64,000 nucleotides of DNA from Amoebidium appalachense (taxonomy: Eukaryota; Protista; Ichthyosporea), in NCBI GenBank assembly GCA_963693365.1, contig CAVNZM010000012.1, positions 3,423,617 to 3,487,616 on the forward strand, written 5' to 3'. The translations under genes and the position numbers were made by a program. Below, one piece after another: positions 41,169 to 52,521 of this stretch. How positions within the stretch are numbered: the first letter of the stretch is position 1; the number at the start of each line of letters is the position of its first letter. The notes under the pieces were generated by a model, which worked only from the letters and a program-made list of their open reading frames with translations, did no database searches and was not told the origin of the DNA.

Positions 41169-41814
41169 GGTCGCACCACACCAGGTCCTTGAGGAACAGC
41201 CCAATGTTGAAATACTGCACGAGGTTGTTGAGGCCGGCAAGGAATGGCCGCCGGAACATGGGATTGCCGGGCATGCCCGGCACGGGATGGTTCCATCGTG
41301 ACCGCAGCGCCACGTCAAACACGTCGTCCGCATGAAACCAATGCATGGTCCGCTTCTCCAGGAAGTCGTACTTAACGCGCAACGCCCCGTCACGTACTTC
41401 GGTCGCGCCTGGTAGTGCAAGCTGCCCCGCCACAAGCGCGTGGCGCGCTGCCTCGAATCGGCGCGGTAGGTGCGGGTCAAAGGGGATCTGCACCATGTAC
41501 GTAATAAAGTAGCGGTTCTGCCCGGCCGCACCCGCAAACCGCAGCACGTACGCGCGGTCGCGCAGGATGCCCTCGAGCACGGGGCGCGGCATCACCGTGT
41601 CCAGTGTCTCCTCGTAGAACTCCATGACGGTGGTCTCCTCCACGGTCAGGCCCGGCTTGAGGCGCCCCCCAAACACCCCATAGCGCCCGTCGCTGTCCTC
41701 CTGCCCCAACAGGAACAGCACGCGCCGGTCGTGCACGGCGTAGGGCAGCACACCGGCGCCGATGATGCGGCAGTCGTCGTCGTGGTAGGGGATGCACATG
41801 TCCAGGACCTTCAT
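41146..41814 (-). CDS. Nudix hydrolase (NCLDV type, degenerate Nudix box)
   Basis: GAGVLPY...FLLGQE...FGG......EETTVMEFYEET; FLEK..MHW. Confidence 0.85.
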   Translation of the reverse strand: MKVLDMCIPYHDDDCRIIGAGVLPYAVHDRRVLFLLGQEDSDGRYGVFGGRLKPGLTVEETTVMEFYEETLDTVMPRPVLEGILRDRAYVLRFAGAAGQNRYFITYMVQIPFDPHLPRRFEAARHALVAGQLALPGATEVRDGALRVKYDFLEKRTMHWFHADDVFDVALRSRWNHPVPGMPGNPMFRRPFLAGLNNLVQYFNIGLFLKDLVWCDPSTLGPG

Positions 41815-41858
41815 CGAGTGGGGGGGAGATAATCTGGAGGTGCGGGGGATTTCAGGGC

Positions 41859-44273
41859 CTACTCCACTGTCCAAGACGAGTTGCTGAGTGTTACAACGTC
41901 GCCATAATCCTTTCGCAACATCACGAACAACACGCCAGCAGGGCTCCGCCCGGGCCCGTTGTTTGTTACCGTGACCGTTATCGTGTTTACCGACAGGCTT
42001 AGAGTGGTTTCAAACTTTGGATAGCCTGGCGTGGTCCAGCTGTTTTCTGGCACCGTTGCAACAGTGACACCGTTGATGGCAACGGTGGCGGTGTTGTCGC
42101 AAACCACATGCATGACGATTACTTGAGAACCGTAACTACCAACGACTTTCTTGAACGTGCAAACCCCAGGATCCGCGCCCAAATTGGCGTTCGGGTGGCT
42201 CCAAATCCACCGGGCGTTTGGATGCGGGAACTGGCATGCGGTCCCCCAGGGAGGTACCGCGGCGTCGTACCTCCCAGACTCCCCTGCCCACCGCGTGATG
42301 CGCCCCCGGTCCCATTGAACAAGTACCCCCTTCAGCTTTTGGGTCTCCGCTTGGCACCTCGTCTTCACGCACGTACGTGCGCTGCGACATTTCGCTCCAG
42401 GCCGAGATACTGGTGTCGCTGTTGGCCCAGGGCGTTAGGGGCCACGCGGCCACGCCCTTGCGCATATAACAGTAGCCCTTCTTTCCACCGGCTATTAAGT
42501 GCACGGGTGCATACCCAAACTGTACACAGTTAAACGTGGCCTCCGCACGGGCCATGCATTGTACCGCACTCCCAAAGCCCCAGTTGCTGGGGTCTTGCCA
42601 GTCGTTGTAGATGTTGGTGGTGGAGTGATCCGCTATCTGGTCAAACATGTACCAACGCACCCGCAGAAAGGGCGTGTAGAGGTACCAGCCAGCCCAGTCG
42701 TTCCAGCGCCATGGCAACCTCGGTGCCGATGCTGGAGTAGTAGGTGGCTGCGACTTGTAGCTGGAGCCGTTCACGGTCGCCGATGGCATATTCTGTGAAA
42801 TCATGTCCTCTCGTGCGTGTGAAGACATGGTATCCACACTGTGCCGCCGCTTGGTTGCAAGCCGCTGTCAGCCAGCGTCTTCAGATCGGATAGAGCAACA
42901 GTTCCGGGATATATGGCCTAAGGTGGGTGGACCTGGTACGCATGGAGCAACCCTATATGGCCGTTGGCGTCTGCATGCTCTACGAGCCGGGCGAAGTCGT
43001 GGGTCCCGACGGGGCTTTCCCCAATTATAGGGCCGGTTCCAACTTTAACCATAACCTTTTGCGCTAACTGTATCCATCGGTGCCTGGTGGTCTGGGGGGC
43101 CACACACACATAGTCCCAGCTGCTGTCTTCAAACATGTACACCCTCTGCTGGCTGGCCTCCACCTCCGCTTCACCCCCAGACTCCCAGCGCCCAAACGCG
43201 TTGAAGTACTCGCAGTAGATCAGATACATCTGCCGTCGCGCGGGCATGCCGCTTGCGTACGAACCCGTTATCGCCCCTGTTGGGGGCCCCCCTACCTTGG
43301 GCCTGCGGTAGGCCATGTATCCGGGCTTGGGGGCGATGAAGAAGAATACACTGGTAGTAATACACCGTTCGCCCCCGAGGGGTCCAACTGTGTAGGCGGC
43401 CACGGGCTTGGTGTTGTTCTTGCTAACGATCTTGCACGGCATCAGCCCGTGCTCCTTGGTGACACAGAAGCCCCCCCACACCGGCCCGTTCTCGTCGCAT
43501 TGGAACGCAACAGCATTGCGCGGCGGCACGGCCTTCCGTACAAGTGTGTACGTCTCGAACTCCAACTCGTTGCACGCCAGCCGCCGCACGTCTCGCCCAA
43601 TAGCCTCGGGGTCCGTGCAGTGCAGCACGACGTTCGGCACGCCCACCTCGCTGTAGCTGGTGCCGGCTCTGGTCGCCCCAATGCAGACATAGCTGCTGCT
43701 TGGCGTCACGGTCGTCGAAACAGCCTCGGTCGTGATGGTGCTGAGTGGCGGCCCCGTGAACGTACGTCACCCGCTTGCTCTGGACCACGTCAAGGACCAC
43801 CGGCGTCCAGGCCTCTGCCGTCGAGTGTACGCGGGATCTAGGGCCACGGGCTGTGAAAGCGTCTCGGTGCTCAGCGTGCCATTCTGTGCGTCCATGGTCA
43901 GCCGCAGATCCACGTTGGTGCTGGTGCTGCTTGACGCATGCCCCAGAACGGGGCTCCACACGGCCGCCCAGATCTTCGTGCCGGGCAGCGCCGTGATGCG
44001 CTTTACCCGCACCTCAAAGGTGAGAGTGAACCTCCTGCCCGCATGCACAGGCCAGAACACGTAGCCCAGCTGGCTGGCCGTACCCGGGGTCAGCCGGATC
44101 TCCCGGCTTGTCTTGTCCATGTACGCACATCCTCCCAGGTGGCCTGTGGCCGGGGCCTGCCAGCCCGTGGCGGCCCACACATCCGGGGTCTCCCAGACCA
44201 GGCACCGCGAGCCCTGCTGGCTGGTGGGCAGCCACGCAATGCGAGCTGTCAGGGCACTCACACGGTCGCCCAT
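41859..44273 (-). CDS. Fibre-head paralog 3: coiled coil, L-lectin-like, DM9-like, PAN-like and CBM67-like domains (several frameshifts)
   Basis: MGDRVSALTARI; GGCAYMD..EIRLT...QLGYVFWP; VPPRNAV; WRWNDWAGWYL; ARWIW...CDNTATVAING...SPAGVL. Confidence 0.6.
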
Positions 44274-44296
44274 AATGCAGTCCCCCACAAAATGTG

Positions 44297-45906
44297 CTAG
44301 GCGAGCATGGCCATGTTCAGATACCAGCCACAGGCAGCGTGCCAGCGCCACACCAGCCGGTTGGTGTCCGTGTAGTCGGCGTTGGTGTACGCGGCGGGAG
44401 GCACACGCGGCTTGGCGTTCTCGAACACGTCGGTGCGGATGATGGACGCCCCGTCCCGCCACGTGGTCTTGGCCGGCCACGACGGGGCCGGGTTTGAAGT
44501 AGTACCCCCGGCCCAGTGCCGGCTTGTACGTGTAGTCCACGGCCATCAGGGTGACCCCTTTCGCGGCCGCCATGCGCTCGCCCTCCGCCACGATCTCGTC
44601 CACGTCCAGGCCGGCGAAGGTGGTCGCGCCTGCCCACTCACCAGTTACGTAGGTCGTGCAGACAGCCCTCGTGGGAGCGTCACGTACCGCCCCTTGGTGG
44701 TCTGCGGGACGACGCACACGTACTCCCACGACCCGTCGTCTGTCAGTGTGATCGGCCCCGCTGTATTCACACAGGATCGAACCCCCGGGCTCGTAGGAGC
44801 CGTAGGTGAACGTGTCCGTGCGTTCCAGTGAGATGAGGTACAGGGTGCCACGCTCGGTCGCCGCCCGGGGTTTTTCGGTGTACAGCGCGTTGTTGGGCGG
44901 GCCTCCGATCTGTCGCTTGCGCATTGCAACAAACCCGGCCTTGGGCACCACATAGAAGAACGTTGTGCTTGAGTAGGAGGCCCCCCCCGAGGGCGTAGTA
45001 CGCCGTCGGCGGGCTTCCGGTCGCCGAAATCTTGCACGGCACCATGCCTGTGCGCGGATGCGCAGAACCCCGCATAGATCGGCCCCAGATTAACATGTGC
45101 CCCAAACGTCACGGCCCCCGGCGGCGGTCGGCTCGCACGCACAAGCGTGTGCGTGGGAAACTCGAGCTCGTTGATGGCCGTCAGCGCGGCGTCGCACCCG
45201 GGCGGCGGCGCGTTGGTGGTCAGCGTGATGTTGCGCACGGCGTGCTCGCACGAGAGCCCGCCCGTGCGTGCGCACAGCGAGAGGATGGTCGGGCGCGTGG
45301 GGGCAGGCTGTGTGGGCGTCTGGGTGTGCAGCTGCGTCCAGCCCGCCCCCTTGTCCAGCAGCACCTGCAGCCCGTTGGTCTTGGCGGCAAACCGCACCAT
45401 GCACGTCCACCACGCCCCATTGGTGCCGGCTCGGGGGTACGTGGCTGTGCCCAGCACCGTGGCGCCAAAGTACACCCGCGACTGCGCCTCGTACTCGTCA
45501 AACGTCAGCCGGTACGCCTCGGGCTGCAGCAGCTCGTCCTCCCCCTGGTATCGCTGGCCGGAGTACCGTTGCCCCAAGCTAAACCAGTTGGCCCACAAGG
45601 CATCGGCACCGCTGGTCGTGCCGTCGCCGGCCCTGAACTGGAAAGCAAGCTGGAAGTTGTCCACGGGTGGCATTACCCACACCACATAGCCATGCTGGCT
45701 GCCCTGCTTGTCCGTCAGCCGGATCTCCCCGCCCGCCCTGTTCATGTACGCAGTCCCCCCCCAGCACGCCCGCCGCCGGCGCCACCCACGCCGTGCCCTG
45801 CTGCGTGGCGCTCCACGTCTCGGCGTTCTCAAGCACCAGCGTCGTCGTGTGCCGTGCCGCAATGCTTGTCGATCCGCGCGTCCAGCGTCGCCAGCCGGTC
45901 CGCCAT
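44297..45906 (-). CDS. Fibre-head paralog 2 (at least 5 frameshifts)
   Basis: MADRLATLDARI; AYMNRAGGEIRLTD; GTNGAWWTC; VPKAGFVA; ends DYTDTNRLVWRWHAACGWYLNMAMLA*. Confidence 0.6.
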
Positions 45907-45939
45907 TGCCCACTGCGCACATTTGTTTTGCCCTACTCA

Positions 45940-47605
45940 ATGGCGGACCGCCTCGCCCGCCTCACACAGCGCATCCTCAACCTCGAGGGCTCGCCCCCCC
46001 GATGTGTGCTCCAGGAGACCCCCGAGACCTGGGCCCGCACCAACTGGGCGTGCCCCACCACCGGCACGCTCGGCGGCAGCGCCTACATGAACAGGGCCAA
46101 TGCCGAGATCCGCCTCACCGACCGCGCCGCCAACCAGACCGGCTACGTGTACTGGCCCGTGTGCCCCGGGCAGCGCTTCGTGCTGTCCTTCAAGTTCAGG
46201 ACCGGCGCCGGGTCCACCCCGCAGAAGGAGGCCCTGTACGTGTCGTGGAACCAGGCCAACCCGTACCCGAACGGCGCTGTCGCCGGTACCGAGTTCCGTG
46301 TCCTCTTCGAGCCCAGGGTCCGGGAAGGTGGTTTCCTGGCAGCCAAACGGGGCTTTCAGCTTCTCCGGCTGGCCCACCACCGGCACCAACGGCGCCTGGC
46401 AGACGTGCGTCGTCAGCATCGCACCGGACGCCGGCTACGTGTTCTGTTCTCTCGGGAGGCTGCGCCTTACATACACGCTGGCCAATCTGACCCCCGCCTC
46501 CACAGCCAATACGTTTCTGTCACTGTGCGCCTACACACTCACGACCGACTACACCGAGCACGCCGTCAAGGACATCGAGCTGTGGACCTACGACCTGGGC
46601 GTGCCCGGGCGCGACGCCCGCTCGCTCGTGCTCAACGAGATCGACGGGCCCGGCTACCGCTGGGTGCGCAGCCCGCGCGTGCCGCCTGGGGCCGTGACGT
46701 TTGGGAGAGAGTTGAACATAGGGCCAACGTACGCCGGGCTGTGCTTGACGTGGGCGCACGGGTCGACCTTTGGAACCATCAGGTGTCTAGACACAGCCAC
46801 CGATCGTCTCGCAGGGACCTACACGGCACCGGACGTGGGGGGCATGCCCAACCTCAACGGCCTCGCGAGAACGTTTCAGTCGGACAACTTCTTCTACCTC
46901 GTGCCCAAGCCCGGCTTCGTGGCTGTAGGGAGGCAATACCCCAGCTTTGAGGACACGTGGATCGCACCACCAGGGAGCGTATGCACAAATTCCATCGCCT
47001 ATAAGTCGGGGAAGCTAGTGCCGACGTATTTGGTGAACGAACTCAGAGTTGGGAGTGCATATGGGGGGGCTTCCTATAATGAGGCCATCTATATGGAGTG
47101 GGATGGCATATCCGAACACAGCCCTTCCGATGTCGGGTTCGTCTGTATCGTTCCCCAGGGCGCGAAGCGTAGGTACGTGGTTCTCCCCTACGGCATTGCG
47201 GTCAACTTCGGGCAAACCATCATCGCAACGGCACCTGCCACCGTGCCTCTCTTGGACACAGATAGTCTGGGCGCACAGATGGAGCCTCTGGACGCAGGGG
47301 CCGGTGCCTCCAGCTCAGATTTGAAATATGCATTTATGAATGGGGGCGGCCCGGGGGCGGGCGGGGGGCACAGCCCCGTCTACACAACCACGTTCTACAA
47401 GGGCTCGCCATGGCCGGTGAACACTACTATAGGCATCTACTATACGCGCTCCATCGTGCGCCTGGACGACCTCGAGGGTGCAAAGCCCAACGGCACGGTC
47501 GACGCGCAGCAGTACAAAACACAGGACTACGTGGACACGGCGCGCAACCTCACGTGGCGCTGGTGCGAGTGGGCGGGATGGTACCTGAACATAAAGCCCA
47601 TATAG
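45940..47605 (+). CDS. Fibre-head paralog 1 (one frameshift near 46315)
   Basis: MADRLARLTQRILNLE; GGSAYMNRANAEIRLTD; WVRSPRVPPGAV; VPKPGFVA; WRWCEWAGWYLN. Confidence 0.7.
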
Positions 47606-47612
47606 GCAACCT

Positions 47613-49082
47613 TTACTCCAGCCGGGCGACCAGCGCCTCGAGCGCCGACGTCAGCCGGTCCACGTGGTCGTTGATGGCCAGCACGGCCTCGGCGATCGTC
47701 GCCTTGCCCGCGGCGGGCCCCACGGTCGGCGCGGCCCACGTGCCCACGTTGGCCGGTGGCGCGTACGTGTTGAGGGCGAGCACGGCGGCGGCGATGGTGG
47801 TTTTGCTCGCGGCCGGACCGGTGGTGGGGGTGGTGTAAGTACCCACGACGGATGCATTCGCCTTCCGAGCGAGCTGGGTGTCGACGTACGTCTTGTCACT
47901 CTTGAGTGCGAGCTGGGTGTCGACATAGGTCTTGTCACTCTTCAATGCGAGCTGGGTGTCGACATAGGTCTTGTCACTCTTCAATGCGAGCTGGGTGTCG
48001 ACATAGGTCTTGTCGGTTTTCAGTGTGAGCTTGCCATCGGTATATGTGAGGTCTGCTTTTAAGAGCAGTTGGCCATCCACATAACTCTTATCGCTTTTCA
48101 ATCCGAGCTGGGTATCAACATAAGTTTTGTCACTTTTCAACGCGAGCTTGTCGTCTGTATAGGTAAGGTCCGCTTTCAAGAGCAGCTGGCTTTCAACAAA
48201 GCTCTTGTCGCTTTTCAGGGCCAGCTGTGCATCCGTGTAGCTTTTGTCACTTTTGAGTGCCAGCTGGGTGTCCACATAGCTCTTGTCGCTTTTCAGTGCC
48301 AGCTTTTCATTGGTGTATGTCAGATCCGTTTTCAGGGCCAGTTGGGCATCGACGTAGCTTCTGTCGCTCTTAAGAGCCAGCTGCCCGTCCACATAGCTCT
48401 TGTCGCTTTTCAGGGCCAGCTGTGCATCCGTGTAGCTTTTGTCACTTTTGAGTGCCAGCTGGGTGTCCACATAGCTCTTGTCGCTTTTCAGGGCCAGCTT
48501 TTCATCGGTGTATGTCCGATCCGTTTTCAGGGCCAGTTGGGCATCGACGTAGCTTCTGTCACTCTTAAGAGCCAGCTGCCCGTCCACATAGCTCTTGTCG
48601 CTTTTCAGTGCTAGCTTCCCATCAACAAACACCACACGGTCTTCGAACCGTGTGTCTAAGTCAGCTACCGAGGTCGTCAACCGCTTGTCCAAGTTTTCTA
48701 CTGTTACGACATCGGCCTTCAGTTGCAGTCGTGAAACCACACTGTCTTCTTCGGCCTTTTTGTCGACCACCCCCGCAAGCTGTGCAAGAGCGACTTTGTC
48801 GGCCTTCAGCTCCAGCCCGGCCTGCTGTGCCCGCAGTGCAGTGTTGATCTCTTCCACCGTCCTGAGCACGTTGTCGTCGTTGACCGTCAGCGCCGCGTTC
48901 AGGATCCCGACCGCCGCGCCCAGCGCGAGCCCCGCGCAGGGCCCGTCGACGGGCACGTGGTACGGCAGCACCTGCGCCACACAGGCCGCGGCGTGCTCGA
49001 GGTCGAGCTGTCCCGTGTCGAAGGAGACGGTGTGGGGCAGGCGCGCCTGCTCCCCGCACACCAGCTGCTTGCACCGGAGCAT
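47613..49082 (-). CDS. Fibre/stalk protein with 19 x 13-aa KSDK(S/T)YVDxQLAL repeats
   Basis: 39-bp DNA repeats at ~47870-48610, two VGT..P..GPAA.K.TIA.AVLA.N repeats, C-terminal coiled coil. Resembles phage/virus fibre shafts. Confidence 0.8.
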   Translation of the reverse strand: MLRCKQLVCGEQARLPHTVSFDTGQLDLEHAAACVAQVLPYHVPVDGPCAGLALGAAVGILNAALTVNDDNVLRTVEEINTALRAQQAGLELKADKVALAQLAGVVDKKAEEDSVVSRLQLKADVVTVENLDKRLTTSVADLDTRFEDRVVFVDGKLALKSDKSYVDGQLALKSDRSYVDAQLALKTDRTYTDEKLALKSDKSYVDTQLALKSDKSYTDAQLALKSDKSYVDGQLALKSDRSYVDAQLALKTDLTYTNEKLALKSDKSYVDTQLALKSDKSYTDAQLALKSDKSFVESQLLLKADLTYTDDKLALKSDKTYVDTQLGLKSDKSYVDGQLLLKADLTYTDGKLTLKTDKTYVDTQLALKSDKTYVDTQLALKSDKTYVDTQLALKSDKTYVDTQLARKANASVVGTYTTPTTGPAASKTTIAAAVLALNTYAPPANVGTWAAPTVGPAAGKATIAEAVLAINDHVDRLTSALEALVARLE

Positions 49083-49097
49083 TGGTTACGGCCCTAA

Positions 49098-49655
49098 TTA
49101 AAACCGGCCCTTCCGGCAGAACAGGTACCACAGCCCGTGCAGCAGCGCATCCGCCAAATCGTCCTTCTTGCCTTCGCGCTCGAACTTGTCCCGCCACCCC
49201 TGCTCACCCTGCACCTCCAGCGCCTGTCGGGTGTCCTCGACCGCCCGCCGCTTGTACACCGCATAGGCCGCCTTGCCGGTCTCTGCGGGCGTCCGCCCCA
49301 TGCGCGCGAGCCACGCCCCGCACTGGTTCTTCCGCGTGCCGTGCTGCAGCACCACCCCAGGCCCCCGGCCCTCGACCAGTCGCCGGGTCACGAAGTACCC
49401 CTGCAGCACGTGCGCCAGCACCGAAAGCTTCGTCACCATCTGCTGCTCGATCACCACCACGTCCACACCCTCGAGCATGCGCGCCTCCTCGTGCAGCCGC
49501 CGCAGCAGCAGCTGAACGAGCACGGCCGCCGGCGTGTTCGGGTTGCCCACGGCCCACCGCTCCCAGCTGTGGATCTCGAACGCGCCCCCTGGGGTGTCGG
49601 CCACGACGCACACGACAAGATTCAAGAACCCAACGTCGATGGCCGCCACGCGCAT
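49098..49655 (-). CDS. A22R: Holliday junction resolvase (poxvirus A22/RuvC-like)
   Basis: AAIDVG..NL, VVIEQQ, KKDDLADALL. Confidence 0.9.
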   Translation of the reverse strand: MRVAAIDVGFLNLVVCVVADTPGGAFEIHSWERWAVGNPNTPAAVLVQLLLRRLHEEARMLEGVDVVVIEQQMVTKLSVLAHVLQGYFVTRRLVEGRGPGVVLQHGTRKNQCGAWLARMGRTPAETGKAAYAVYKRRAVEDTRQALEVQGEQGWRDKFEREGKKDDLADALLHGLWYLFCRKGRF

Positions 49656-49731
49656 TTTGACCGCCAAGCGCACCGCGCGCGCTTTATAAGCCGTCCGCCG
49701 CGCCCCGCGTCGCAAATGTGCGCGTAGACAA

Positions 49732-50631
49732 ATGGACGGCAGACATACCTGGCTTGCGTGGGCGGTGATCTGTGTGGCGCTGCTGTACATGTATGTGGCA
49801 CGGCGCGACTACGCCGGCGCCGGCTACGAGGACGTGGCCAAGGCGGAGGCCCCCCCGCTGGCCGCACCCACCAACCCGCCGGACCAGTTCCAGCCGGGCC
49901 TCAACCCTGACCGCACAAGACTGCACGCCCCGAACAAGGGCGCCACCGACAAGTACGGCATCAACAGGCCCTGCAACCCCGCGGACCGCCTCAACACGAA
50001 GGTCATGGAGGTCCCCCTGGACGAACACGTTGGGCGTGTGCGCCCTCTCAATCCCTACCTCAAACCCAGCGGCGTGGACAACAGGGCAGATGCCGGTGAC
50101 CGCGCGCCTTTGGCCGAGGGCGTGCCCTTGCTGACGGGTCGGGCAATCGACGGCCACAGTCATCCCGAGCAGCAGCAGACGCGCGCCGCGTCAATGCGCG
50201 AGCTCTACCGCGTGAAGACCCGCGGCGGCATCTACAACGCGTCGTTGAAGGACTACCCGGCCCGTCCGGAGGCCGTGCTCAACAACCGCGAGGACGTGCG
50301 CACCGGTGTGCGCGCCCCGCTGCCGACGTTCGCGTTCGACCCGGTCCGGAGTGACCAGCCCCAGCACGTGGAGAAGACCCGGCGCGGCATTCGGACGCAC
50401 GACTTCGGGCAGATCACGGGGCTCGCAAACACCGACGTGCCTATGATGCCGATCCCCGACCTGGTGGGGGGGGCACTCTGCCACAGGACTTCAACGTCAA
50501 GCTGCGTTAACGTTAACGACTATCGGGTGAACGCGGTGATTTTTATTTCGGCATCGGGCAATGGCCATTTGCTACACACGCAAGACGAAGAGCGCGTTCA
50601 ACCGACCCCTGAAGCTCAACCCGCCGCTTAA
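49732..50631 (+). CDS. Hypothetical protein with N-terminal TM (3' end uncertain after the G-run at 50465)
   Basis: WLAWAVICVALLYMYVA; GC3 bias up to ~50470. Confidence 0.65.
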   Translation: MDGRHTWLAWAVICVALLYMYVARRDYAGAGYEDVAKAEAPPLAAPTNPPDQFQPGLNPDRTRLHAPNKGATDKYGINRPCNPADRLNTKVMEVPLDEHVGRVRPLNPYLKPSGVDNRADAGDRAPLAEGVPLLTGRAIDGHSHPEQQQTRAASMRELYRVKTRGGIYNASLKDYPARPEAVLNNREDVRTGVRAPLPTFAFDPVRSDQPQHVEKTRRGIRTHDFGQITGLANTDVPMMPIPDLVGGALCHRTSTSSCVNVNDYRVNAVIFISASGNGHLLHTQDEERVQPTPEAQPAA

Positions 50632-50821
50632 GGGGTTCATGCACAAGCCCACGGCCACGCGCGGGCAGGTGGTGAAGGCGGTCTGGGCGTACGCCAAGAA
50701 GAAGGGGCTGAACAACGGCCAGAAGATCAAAGTCGACGGTGGGCTGTCTCCGCTGTTCCCGAAGCAGAGTACGATCAAATTCGGCGATATTGCACGCATG
50801 ATCGGCAAGTTCAGCGGCTGA
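50561..50821 (+). CDS. SWIB/MDM2 domain protein
   Basis: FNRPLKLNPPLKGFM....TRGQVVKAVWAYAKKKGL...KIKVDGGLSPLF. Confidence 0.9.
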   Translation: MAICYTRKTKSAFNRPLKLNPPLKGFMHKPTATRGQVVKAVWAYAKKKGLNNGQKIKVDGGLSPLFPKQSTIKFGDIARMIGKFSG

Positions 50822-50849
50822 CCGGCGAATATTTTCACGCCTACACAAA

Positions 50850-51730
50850 ATGGCTCGTGAGCGGTATGATACTGGCAGCGGGCAAGCTGGGGAGAAGATC
50901 GTCAATTTCGTCACAAAAACGAAAGGCAAACCCCCGCAAAACGTCGGTGAGCAGGACATCAAGGCCGCAAAGCACCTACTGATCAACAACATCAGGCTAT
51001 ACCAGAAAGAATTCGGCGTCCCCGAAGACATCGCCAAGAAGGCGTCGGACATGGTGAAGTTCGGTCTCCACGGAATCCAGCGGGTGGTCGGGGGTTGCGA
51101 GGGGCGCCTGTTGCCGCTCGACGCAGCCGGGTTCATTTTCGCGTGCGTCTACCTGCTGGGCGTTAAAACTCAGGCGAGTGCAAAGGGCGGAACGGCCGCC
51201 CTTGAAAAGGGTGCGACCGACGTGAACACGTTCCTTGTGGCCGAGGACGTGTACAGTAGGGTCCGCATCGCCATGTACGGAAAACCCCCCGATGACTTTG
51301 GCGTCATCAAGGGCGGGTCGGGGTGCAGGGAGCCTTGGATCATCGACGACATCGAGGCATATGCGTGCAAATGGCGCCTGGACGCGGGCAAGGTCACGGA
51401 GATCCAGGACTACCTCATCAAGCTCAACACGACCAGGACAAAAGGCGCGGAGAACATTCAAAAGGACGACACAAACACTTCCCTCTCCCGCCGTGGTTCG
51501 ACGTGGTTAAGACAAATGCCGATGCCGATTTGCTGACCTGGTATGAAGACAACGGTGTCATGTCATTGGCCATAACCGAATTCTCGGAGGATGTCTACCG
51601 CAGGGCTCGCTACCTCGTGTTCCAGAAGTGCGGGATTGAATCGAACACCGTGCTCGACATGGATGCACAGCTGGCCCTGTTCCATGCCGAACAAAACGCG
51701 CTTGCCACCGCGGCTGCGCGATGTGCTTAA
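50850..51730 (+). CDS. Hypothetical protein, probable frameshift near 51480
   Basis: ORF 50850-51536 continues coding-like in the frame ending at 51730. Confidence 0.6.
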
Positions 51731-51752
51731 TATCTTTTCTGCTCACCAATAA

Positions 51753-52469
51753 ATGCCACCCAAGCCCTCGAAGACAATCGGTCGGGTTGCTACTCCACGC
51801 GTGGGTCTCACCCTCGGTCACTTGGAGTCGGAGATCAAGAAGCTGGAGCTCCTGTCTAAGCGTGTCGGTACGCCGGCGCCGTCCGGATCCAAGCCCCCCC
51901 GCCCCCCCGCACCACCCAAGCGACCGACCGGCCCGGTTGGCGCCCAGGCACCTGACAGGAAGCGCGCGAGAATGGAAGGCGCGCGCGCGCTGGTGTCCAC
52001 CTGTACCGCGGCGCCGAAGGCCATGTCGACGTTCCGTGTCAAGCCCGTCGCCAGGCCCGCCAGGACCAAGCCCGCACCGGTCAAGGCGCCACCCCAAACC
52101 CAAAGGAAGCAGACACAGGCCCCCCGCGCACCCCGCCCTGTCTCCACCATGCGTGTGCGCTCCGCCGGTTCGAGGTCCCGTGCGGGCGAATGCGGGCCGG
52201 GGACGATCAAGTTGGCCGGGGAATGTGTCCCTGCGACGGCAAAGAACGTGTTCGGGTACTGCGAGCCCAAGACTGGGCGCGCGGCTCCGCCGCCCGACTT
52301 CAGCCGCAAGCCCATCAACCAGGGTCAAGACGTTCTTCAAATGATGGGATGCGGGTCCAACAAAATCAGCACCTTCGCTCTCGTCGACCCCGTAAACTCG
52401 GGCTGCTGGGGCGTCGCGGCCAATCTGAAGCACTTCCCTGCGTTGTTCGTGGTCCACTCCGCCCCCTAG
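51753..52469 (+). CDS. Basic Pro-rich protein with Cys motif
   Basis: MPPKP...; CGPGTIKLAGECVPA. Confidence 0.7.
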   Translation: MPPKPSKTIGRVATPRVGLTLGHLESEIKKLELLSKRVGTPAPSGSKPPRPPAPPKRPTGPVGAQAPDRKRARMEGARALVSTCTAAPKAMSTFRVKPVARPARTKPAPVKAPPQTQRKQTQAPRAPRPVSTMRVRSAGSRSRAGECGPGTIKLAGECVPATAKNVFGYCEPKTGRAAPPPDFSRKPINQGQDVLQMMGCGSNKISTFALVDPVNSGCWGVAANLKHFPALFVVHSAP

Positions 52470-52521
52470 GTTCGAGGGTATAAATAACGGGCGCCCGGCG
52501 TGCCCCACACCACTCATTCCA

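Noticed and set aside
29570-46330. Spliceosomal introns explaining the frame changes
   Set aside because: Where I checked, coding similarity continues across the junctions with 1-2 nt shifts and no GT-AG insert.
41859-47605. Recombinase-driven shufflon
   Set aside because: I found no site-specific recombinase and no repeated crossover sites. The paralogs are diverged and each has its own start.
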